Source: Octopus sinensis (lineage: Eukaryota). From it: 7,366 bases of DNA. The stretch is taken from NCBI RefSeq assembly GCF_006345805.1, contig NW_021828878.1, positions 1 to 7,366 of the forward strand. Direction: 5' to 3'. The position numbers and the translations under genes were made by a program. The notes beneath the pieces are model-generated. The model saw nothing but the letters and a program-made list of their open reading frames with translations. It did no database searches and had not been told where the DNA came from. Within the stretch, counting starts at the first letter, position 1. Each line of letters begins with the position of its first letter. Of the stretch, positions 1 to 6,708 are shown piece after piece.

Positions 1-220
1 ATATATATATATATATATACACATAGATATATATACACACATGTGTGTATGTATATATATATATACACAATATATATATATATATATATATACACTATAT
101 ATATATATAACACACACATATATAAGCTACAATATATATAATATATATACCACACACATATATTATATAATATATATATATATATATATAATACACATGC
201 TCACACACACGCACAAACAC
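1..220. repeat. Compound (TA)n/(CA)n microsatellite
   Basis: Visible directly in the sequence. Confidence 0.95.
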
Positions 221-342
221 AAAAATTTATTGTAATAAACAAAAGATGACAAATCAAGGTTAACAAAAACGTTGGATAATAGAACAAGAATAACTGAATA
301 GGGATAATAAAATAGGGATAAATTAAGGATAGCAAAATAGGG

Positions 343-835
343 ATAACAAAATAGTAACAAAACTGGTATAACAATATAGGGACAACAAAATAGTAACAAA
401 ACTGGGATAACAATATAGGAATAACAAAATAGCAACAAAACTGGGATAACAATATAGGGACAACAAAATAGTAACAAAACTGGGATAACAATACAGGAAT
501 AACAAAATAGTAACAAAACTGGGATAACAATATAGGGACAACAAAATAGTAACAAAACTGGGATAACAATATAGGAATAACAAAACAGTAACAAAACTGG
601 GATAACAATATAGGGACAACAAAATAGTAACAAAACTGGGATAATATAGGAATAACAAAATAGTAACAAAACTGGGATAACAATATAGGGACAACAAAAT
701 AGTAACAAAACTGGGATAATATAGGAATAACAAAACAGTAACAAAACTGGGATAACAATATAGGGACAACAAAATAGTAACAAAACTGGGATAACAATAT
801 ACGGACAACAAAATAGTAACAAAACTGGGTTAACA
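343..835 (+). repeat. 39-bp minisatellite (13 copies) with degenerate 13-14-bp flanking repeats at about 290-345 and 835-1100
   Basis: The unit is acaacaaaatagtaacaaaactgggataacaatataggg. The ctgg marker recurs at 363, 402, 441, 480, 519, 558, 597, 636, 672, 711, 747, 786 and 825. Confidence 0.97.
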
Positions 836-1308
836 AAATACTGATAATAAAATACTGATAATAAAATAAGGATAACAAAATAGAAAATATGGATAAGAAA
901 ATAGAGATAACAAAATAGGGGCAATAACATAGGGGTAACAATACAGGAGCAATAGAATGGCAAAACAGAATAAGAGCATTGAAAATGGGGATAACAATAG
1001 AGGGATAAACAAAAGGGGGATAAGAGAATGAGAAAAATACAATGAGGTAACAGAATAGGGGAACAGAAACAGGGATAACAGACTAGGGTGGGAGCAGATT
1101 AAGTGTCATGGTGCAGGGATAAGAGAAGAGGGGAAAATGGGAACAGGGGTGAATATAGGCAAAAGAGAATAAAGACAAGTCAGGGCAATGAAAGGGGAAA
1201 ATAAACAAGAACATGATGGAGGGATAACATGATAGATTCCATTGCCTTTTTTTTTTCCTTTTTTTTTCAAGATGGGGAGAGTGAAATAAAAAAAAACACA
1301 AAAATAGA

Positions 1309-1355
1309 ATTATCATTATTATTATTATTATTAATATTATTATTATTATTATTAT
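1309..1355. repeat. (ATT)n microsatellite
   Basis: Visible directly in the sequence. Confidence 0.95.
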
Positions 1356-1436
1356 AGGAGTAACACCACCGAAGAGATGGAAGATTAACGGCAAAAACTC
1401 TGCAAAATGGCAAGAGTGATGATACTCCAAATGAAC

Positions 1437-1474
1437 AGTAGTGGTGGTGGTAGTAGTAGTGTAGTAGTAGTAGT
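1437..1474. repeat. (GTG)n/(GTA)n microsatellite
   Basis: Visible directly in the sequence. Confidence 0.9.
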
Positions 1475-1858
1475 AAGTGGTGGGTATGCAGTTAAATGAG
1501 CACTCATTTATACTATAACCAGGCAGAAAAGAAATTTAAAAAATAACAAGGGCGACGTAAAAAGAAAACAAAAAAGTCCAACACTATAAGCTACCAGCAC
1601 GCATTATTATACTACAACAAACCATTCCATGCTTCATACGCTATGCCACCAAGCGCTGTATTGTACTACTATAGAACACTGTGCATTAGGGTGAATTGAG
1701 ATTCTGCAATTTTCAATTTCATGATGGGGGTAAAAAAAGTTGTGAATGGACATCAAAGTAACTGATGTAGAATCTAAGAACTCTGCAACAATATTCTCTG
1801 TCTCTATAAGCACAACAAAAAATGGAAAAAAGTAGGAAGAAACTCCTCTACTTATTCA

Positions 1859-2085
1859 TCTTTATATATAAAATTTAAGTTGTGTGTGTGAGACTCTGTC
1901 TCCTCCGATTTAGATTCCTAACTACTCCCACATTTTGCGGTGCAGTTTAACCAAAAGCAGGTATCTTATAGTCGTCATTCATATCGAGCCCTTCTGGGTA
2001 TTAGCGTGCATCTACGATGAGTCTACGATTTAAAAAAATTTACCATCATTTTTCCGCATTTTTAATGATTTTTGCTCGGGTTATA
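1859..2085 (+). mobile_element. Probable non-autonomous Helitron-like element, internally deleted or 3'-truncated
   Basis: It starts A|TCTTTATATATAAAA followed by a (GT)n/CTGT tract and aactactcccacatttt, a typical 5' layout of non-autonomous Helitrons. It ends with a partial cgggttata terminus, and the terminal hairpin and CTAG are not seen. The family call rests on recalled similarity. Confidence 0.5.
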
Positions 2086-2273
2086 TATATATATTATATA
2101 TATATATATATGATGGGCTTCTTTCAGTTTCCATCTACCAAATCCGTTCACAAAGCTTTGGTTGGCCCAAGGCTACAGCAGAAGACACTTACCCAAGGTA
2201 CCACTCAGTGGGTCTGAACTCGGAGCCATGTGGTTAGTAAGCAAGCTACTTACCACACAGCCACTCCTGCACC
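2086..2273 (-). mobile_element. tRNA-derived CORE-type SINE (octopus OR-like) with (TA)n tail
   Basis: On the minus strand there is an A-box tggctgtgtgg (2263-2253), a B-box gagttcagacc (2221-2211) and a CORE-like ccttgggtaagtgtcttct (about 2198-2180). The 3' part is ...gatggaaactgaaagaagcccatc followed by (TA)n. Confidence 0.8.
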
Positions 2274-2880
2274 TATTTTCGATATTTTTGCTTATTTTGA
2301 GATATTTATGGGAGCAGAAGATGAAGGTAGAAAAAAGAAACATGTTTAAGTCATATTTTAGAATAATTTCATCAGAGTCATTCAAAAGCTACCCAAACAA
2401 GATCCAATGAAAACTGTATTTCATAGCTAATAAATAAGTAGAGGGCTTTTTTTCCCCCCACTTTTCCCAATTTTTAAGCATTTGTAGAGACAGAAGATAT
2501 CGTTGCAGAGTCCTAAGACTTTACACCAGTTATTTTGATGTCCTTTCACAACTTTTCCAGACTACCCGCCATCACTAAAATCAAAAATCATTAAAAAAAA
2601 CACTCCACTCTACTCTACATCGATACTTGTAGAAAAAAATGAACAGGAAAGATTTTTTTCTGATAACTGTTTCCAATTTTATGAAGGATTTTTAGAAATC
2701 GTTAACAGCTAACGAACTGTAAATTACCAGGAACTATTTTTTATTCATATTTTTCAAACATATATAATAAATACCATGACACGGTTTCAAAATCTACTGT
2801 ATAGATATATAGATATATAGATATATATATATATATATATATATATTTAAAAAAAAGGAGATGTGGAACACGAGTTGTGA

Positions 2881-3039
2881 TATATAAAAAAAGGAAATGA
2901 AGAAAATGCTGACAAAATAATTTAAGTAAGGGAGAGTGTATTTAATTAGGTGAAAGTTCTTTTCGAAAAGAACTTTCACCTAATTAAATACACTCTCCTA
3001 CTTAAATTATTTTGTCAGCATTCTTCATTTTTTTATATA
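2881..3039. repeat. Palindrome P1 with zero spacer
   Basis: There is a perfect 68-bp palindrome at 2931-2998 centred on TTC|GAA (2964/2965). It extends with three small indels to about 2881 and 3039. Confidence 0.95.
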
Positions 3040-3269
3040 TATATATATATATATATAATACATACATATTATATACACACACACTACAATCTGAGATATC
3101 GATCCTCATGATGCTATATTGTACTATGTCAACAATATCACACAAAACCACAATACACAGTATATATGTGTGGATGTATGTGTGCATATTTATATATACA
3201 TATATATCAATATATTTATATGTATTATACATACATTACACAAATATATAACATTATATAAATCATATT

Positions 3270-3478
3270 ATATATATATTCTACACCACACATGACATTA
3301 TATAATTCATATATAATTTTCTAAACACACACATATATATATACCATCATCATCATCATCATCATTGTTTAACGTCCGCTTAAATGATGATGATGATGAT
3401 GATATATATATATGTGTGTGTGTTTAAAAAATTATATATGAATTACATAATGTCATGTGTGTAGAATATATATATATA
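3270..3478. repeat. Inverted repeat P2 (about 95-bp arms) centred on a SINE 3' tail fragment
   Basis: The left arm ...ctacaccacacatgacattatataattcatatataattttctaaacacacac...(cat)n is the reverse complement of (atg)n...gtgtgtgtttaaaaaattatatatgaattacataatgtcatgtgtgtag. The centre is tttaa-cgtccgc-ttaaa (3368-3384). Confidence 0.9.
3344..3379 (-). mobile_element. 3' terminal fragment of an octopus-type SINE (GCGGACGTTAAACAATGATGATG tail)
   Basis: The minus strand reads gcggacgttaaacaa(tga)n. This matches the 3' end of a common octopus SINE as I recall it; no database search was run. Confidence 0.55.
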
Positions 3479-3790
3479 TATATTCATACAACATATATAT
3501 TATATAAATATATATATACATAAGCGATATATATGATTTAGAATATATATATCACTTATACCAATATTGTTATATACATATATATATTATATATCTACAC
3601 ACTCACATTACATCATACTACACTGATATGCTATGGTAAACAACGCCATATTACATTGCGTGATATTGTATTATATATATTACAGCAAACCACACCGTAT
3701 TAAATACACTGCATTATATAAATATATACACTATATTATATGCCACAAAGAAAAACTATGTATATATGTTAGTTACACTATGTCACACAC

Positions 3791-3794
3791 TAAT

Positions 3795-3832
<38 letters not shown>

Positions 3833-3880
3833 GATATATATATATATATATATATATATAGATATATATACATACATACT
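3791..3880. repeat. (TA)n microsatellite
   Basis: Visible directly in the sequence. Confidence 0.95.
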
Positions 3881-4139
3881 ACTCTACAAAAGCTTAGTTA
3901 GTAAACCATACTATATAATACTATCCACCGAACTATATCACACTCCACTATAGTACGCGCCACATTAAATAATGCTTTATATATATATATATGTATATAT
4001 ATCGTAGTAGGGGATTATGGGAAATGTTGGCAGGTGGGAAAATAAAGGGGCCTAACAGGTTTCCTAAGGGGTTAGATTAACAGGGATAAATATCTCCTCA
4101 TTTTATTGCACCATTATTTTCCTTTTGGCATTGATCCAC

Positions 4140-4172
4140 TCGTGTGTGTGGTGTGCATGCATATATATATAT

Positions 4173-4218
<46 letters not shown>

Positions 4219-4357
4219 ATACATACACATACATGTCCATAAAGAGAGGGAACAAGAGAAAGGGACCCACCCACCCACACACACATATACATGTATGTAA
4301 AGAGAGGGGACAGGAGAAAAGGGCCCACACACACAAACACACACACATATATATATA

Positions 4358-4391
<34 letters not shown>

Positions 4392-4622
4392 CAAATATAC
4401 AAACACACAGATGCAAGTGCATATATATAAATATATATATATATACATGTATGTGCATGTATCTATGTGTGTGTCTGTGTGCACACCTATACACACATTC
4501 AGAGAGAAGGGTGGAAGAGAGATAGATATACAGAGATATATATATATATATATATAGGCAGAGAGAGAAAAAGAAAGAGAGAAAGAAAGAGCAAGAAAGA
4601 AAGAGAGAGCGAGCGAGCGAGA
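4140..4622. repeat. Compound (TA)n/(CA)n/(GT)n/(GA)n microsatellite region, including a two-copy 58-bp duplication starting at 4240 and 4298
   Basis: The tracts are visible directly. The duplication is taaagagagggaacaagagaaagggacccac versus taaagagaggggacaggagaaaagggcccac. Confidence 0.9.
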
Positions 4623-4661
4623 TGTCTTGAAAGGTTTGTTGTGGTTTAGCTTGTTACCCAC

Positions 4662-4747
4662 CCTCTTCACTCGAAGAACGCTTAGGCCGTCCTTGGGGTT
4701 GATACTTAAACTGTACCTTACGGTTGATCCCTGAGAAACGTCCATAC
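4662..4747 (-). CDS. PPIP5K: Internal coding exon (86 nt, phase 2 to phase 1) of inositol hexakisphosphate/diphosphoinositol-pentakisphosphate kinase (PPIP5K/VIP1 family), phosphatase-like domain region
   Basis: The minus strand reads ttgtttgttgttttcag|G TAT GGA CGT TTC TCA GGG ATC AAC CGT AAG GTA CAG ... GAA GAG G|gtgggt, encoding (M)[28 protein letters not shown]. This matches the PPIP5K motif [22 protein letters not shown] as I recall it from human PPIP5K. The acceptor AG is at 4749-4748 and the donor GT at 4661-4660. The paralog is not resolved, and no other exon was recognised in the window. Confidence 0.88.
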
Positions 4748-4786
4748 CTGAAAACAACAAACAAGTGAGCAACCAAACACAGTGAG
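4748..4786 (-). promoter_or_regulatory. 3' splice site of the PPIP5K exon: U-rich tract, CAG acceptor and two candidate branch points
   Basis: The minus strand reads ctgctcactgtgtttggttgctcacttgtttgttgttttcag. The yUnAy motif CTCAC occurs twice, with the branch A at 4766 and 4783 (about -19 and -36). Confidence 0.65.
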
Positions 4787-4935
4787 CAGATCAGAGATAA
4801 TGGCAACTACATGGTACCATGTTGGAGATAAACATACATGTGTGTGTGTGTGTGTGTGCACGTGTATAGATGTTTGGGAGCATTTGTATGCATGTGGCAT
4901 GAGTGCATATGGATGTACATGTCAGCTTGTCTGTC

Positions 4936-4984
<49 letters not shown>

Positions 4985-5043
4985 GTAGTAGTAACAGAAA
5001 AGAGGAATTTCGGTTGTCCCCACGTGGTGGATTGTGATGTATA

Positions 5044-5361
5044 TAAGAAATTAAAAAAGGAAAATACGCACACTTACATGGTTATAATATAATTTTTAAT
5101 GTATCGACCGGTTTCGCAATCGCTATTCATGATATAATGTTTAATTTATATGAATATATATTTTTTCTTAAGAAGAAATTTGGTCCATGTTGTTTGTAAC
5201 GAAATTCACGAGTGAATGATGGACCAAATTTCTTCTAAGAAAAAATATATATTCATATAAATTAAACATTATATCATGAATAGCGATTGCGAAACCGGTC
5301 GATACATTAAAAATTATATTATAACCATGTATGTGTGCGTATTTCCTTTTTTAATTTCTTA
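5044..5361. repeat. Long inverted repeat P3 (about 145-bp arms, 30-nt spacer)
   Basis: The arms 5044-5188 and 5219-5361 differ by 2 single-base indels and 1 substitution, with a perfect 96-bp core at 5075-5170. The spacer contains the mini-hairpin attcac-ga-gtgaat (5204-5217). Confidence 0.95.
5272..5304 (+). ncRNA. Degenerate minimal hammerhead-like motif (Penelope-like type); mirror copy on the minus strand at 5102-5134
   Basis: The sequence reads tatc ATGAATA G-cgattg-C GAAA C CG GTC gata. It has a 4-bp stem I (tatc/gata), a G10.1-C11.1 closing pair, intact GAAA, a palindromic ACCGGT stem III and a GUC triplet. The CUGANGA box has 2 mismatches (AUGAAUA). Confidence 0.45.
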
Positions 5362-5520
5362 CATATATATATTATATATATATATATATATAAGTTCAGC
5401 AAAAATTTAGATTCAAATGAATATGGTACTTAATTTAGATGCACCAGAATTTGTTATGGTGTTATCCATATAAATCCGTGGGGTGATTATAATCAAAATA
5501 AGCAACAAGAATGACTCCGG

Positions 5521-5612
5521 TAATTTGGTACGATCGTTCATACTACATCATTTTATTAAAGTTGTAAGTATTACAACAGCTTTAAAATGCTGAGCACTCA
5601 TCAGCCAAATTA
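5521..5612 (-). ncRNA. Type I hammerhead ribozyme-like motif, left-arm copy (C11.1 to U, one core A missing)
   Basis: The minus strand reads taatttgg CTGATGA GTGCT ...long hairpin... AGTAT GAA C GATC G TA ccaaatta. Stem I is a perfect 8 bp (5612-5605 with 5528-5521), CUGAUGA is at 5604-5598, and the predicted cleavage is between 5529 and 5528. Confidence 0.75.
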
Positions 5613-5625
5613 TAGAAAACCTCTA

Positions 5626-5718
5626 TAATTGGCTGATGAGTGCTCAGCATTTTAAAACTGTTGTAATACTTACAACATTTAATAAAATGATGTAGTACAA
5701 AACGATCGTACCAAATTA
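5626..5718 (+). ncRNA. Type I hammerhead ribozyme-like motif, right-arm copy (G12 to A lesion)
   Basis: Stem I is taattgg (5626-5632) with ccaaatta (5711-5718). CUGAUGA is at 5633-5639. Stem II is GTGCT (5640-5644) with AGTAC (5694-5698), extended by a long hairpin capped by gttgtaa-tac-ttacaac. AAAA at 5699-5702 sits where GAAA is expected. Stem III is A-C-[GATC]-G-T, and the cleavage triplet GUA ends at 5710. Confidence 0.75.
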
Positions 5719-5745
5719 CCGGAGTCATTCTTTTGCTTATTTTGA

Positions 5746-5749
<4 letters not shown>

Positions 5750-5793
<44 letters not shown>
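5750..5793. repeat. (TA)n microsatellite abutting palindrome P4
   Basis: Visible directly in the sequence. Confidence 0.95.
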
Positions 5794-5798
<5 letters not shown>

Positions 5799-5990
5799 CA
5801 CACATAATTACATATGTAAGTATAAAATTTGATTAGAAACATTAACTCGAGAAGTGATTAAGGTGAAGCTACCAGTTGTATTGTAATTGAAAAATCTAGC
5901 AACTTAAGAAAAATATGTGTGTATGTATGTGTATTATATGTGCATGTTTGTGTGTGTGTGTACACGCATGTGTATGAACGAGTGAATATA

Positions 5991-6166
5991 TTTCTTTTGC
6001 ATCAGACTGCGACCACGTCCATGCTGGAGCACCACCTTCAGATGTTTTATTCAAATCGTACCACCATTTATTCCAACCTGGCATGGATTTTGTTGATGAC
6101 TATTTGTCAGACTGCTAAGTGCTGAGACATAAAGGGGAACAACACGACGACACTGGTTTTTAGACA
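5991..6166 (-). mobile_element. Diverged SINE-like interspersed repeat fragment
   Basis: The motifs ccatgctggagcaccacc and ctgctaagt...gacataaa...acactggtt resemble an abundant octopus SINE as I recall it. The boundaries are approximate. Confidence 0.4.
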
Positions 6167-6434
6167 GTCATAAATATAAACATGTATGCATCTAGATGTA
6201 TCAGCCTGTATGTCTGTGAGTACCTCGAAATGGGAAGATGAAGATGAAGATGGTGGTGGTTGTGAAGCTGAAGAGGAGGGTGAAGAGGTTGAATATAAAA
6301 CAACAAAAGCAGTCTGGCGATTGTGAGTGTGTGGTTGTGAGGTGGAACAACAACATCTGGGAAGGAAACAGAGCCATGGACTCAGTTTGCTAGAGAGAGT
6401 TTACCTGATTGCTATTCTAAAGCACTTATCAGAA

Positions 6435-6442
6435 AATAATAA

Positions 6443-6488
<46 letters not shown>

Positions 6489-6702
6489 GTTTTGAGTTTT
6501 GCCACAAGGGCAGCAATTTTGGGGGAGGAGAGGAGTCAATTACATTGACCCCCAATATTTCACTGGTACTTAATTTATCAATTCTGAAAGGATGGAAGAT
6601 AAAGTCAACCATGACAGAATTTGAACTCAGAACACGGAGACTGACAAAATGCCGCTAAGCATTTCGCCCAGTGTGCTAATGATTCTGCCAGCTCATTGTC
6701 TT
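6435..6702 (-). mobile_element. tRNA-derived SINE with a Meta-like central domain and (TTA)n tail
   Basis: On the minus strand the head is gagctggcagaatcattagcac, the B-box is gagttcaaattc (6628-6617) and the Meta-like domain is ttccatcctttcagaattgataaattaagtaccag (about 6597-6563). The 3' end ccttgtggcaaaactcaaaacc runs into the (TTA)n tail at 6486-6435. Confidence 0.8.
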
Positions 6703-6708
6703 AATAAA

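Larger units (their letters stand above)
1708..2590. repeat. Old, diverged inverted repeat P0 (arms about 1708-1856 and 2434-2590) enclosing younger insertions
   Basis: The left arm aaaagttgtgaatggacatcaaagtaactgatgtagaatctaagaactctgcaacaatattctctgtctcta aligns with the reverse complement of the right arm, aaaagttgtgaaaggacatcaaaataactggtgtaaagtcttaggactctgcaacgatatcttctgtctcta. Both arms end inward at cctctacttatt. Identity is roughly 80% by eye. Confidence 0.85.
5493..5745. repeat. Long inverted repeat P4 (124-bp arms, 5-nt loop); probable inverted Penelope-like pLTR remnant
   Basis: The arms 5493-5616 and 5622-5745 are reverse complements with about 7 differences by eye, around the loop AAACC. 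Both arms carry the hammerhead motif pointing outward. A (TA)n tract follows at about 5750. Confidence 0.9.

Noticed and set aside
163-963. Long hydrophobic minus-strand ORFs (266, 246 and 162 aa)
   Set aside because: They are translations of the 39-bp minisatellite (13-aa period), open in all three frames, with no protein family signal.
1493-1510. Small inverted repeat taaatgag-ca-ctcattta
   Set aside because: 8-bp AT-rich arms are expected by chance and there is no supporting context.
2286-2300. 15-mer ttttgcttattttga identical to 5731-5745
   Set aside because: It is AT-rich and isolated, and there is no collinear flanking similarity.
2777-2790. GAAAC-CGT-GTC on the minus strand, resembling a hammerhead 3' half
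   Set aside because: There is no CUGANGA or stem I partner upstream, and the motif is too short to exclude chance.
2875-2897. Similar outer flanks of P1 and P3 (ttgtga..tata..aaaaaaggaaa, compare 5032-5064)
   Set aside because: The match is short, gapped and low in complexity, and the arm interiors are unrelated.
2909-2964. CTGACAA...GAAA in P1 as a hammerhead
   Set aside because: There is no stem II closing pair, stem III or stem I in the required register.
4010-4085. Six G3+ runs as a potential G-quadruplex
   Set aside because: The loops are 5-17 nt long and mostly exceed the canonical range, so the prediction is weak.
4098-4772. 224-aa minus-strand ORF overlapping the exon
   Set aside because: It is in the wrong frame for the conserved PPIP5K peptide, and the rest is microsatellite translation.
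5896-6084. 62-aa ORF MPGWNKWWYDL...
   Set aside because: It overlaps a diverged SINE-like fragment and a microsatellite, and does not resemble the expected upstream PPIP5K exon.
6190-6360. Possible exon: acidic peptide KWEDEDEDGGGCEAEEEGEEVEY with a GTGAGT donor on plus (6323), or a 133-nt exon on minus (6356-6224)
   Set aside because: It is degenerate GAA/GAT/GGT triplet sequence with no recognisable homology. The minus-strand donor GTACTC is weak and 133 nt would shift the frame. Only RNA-seq could revive it.
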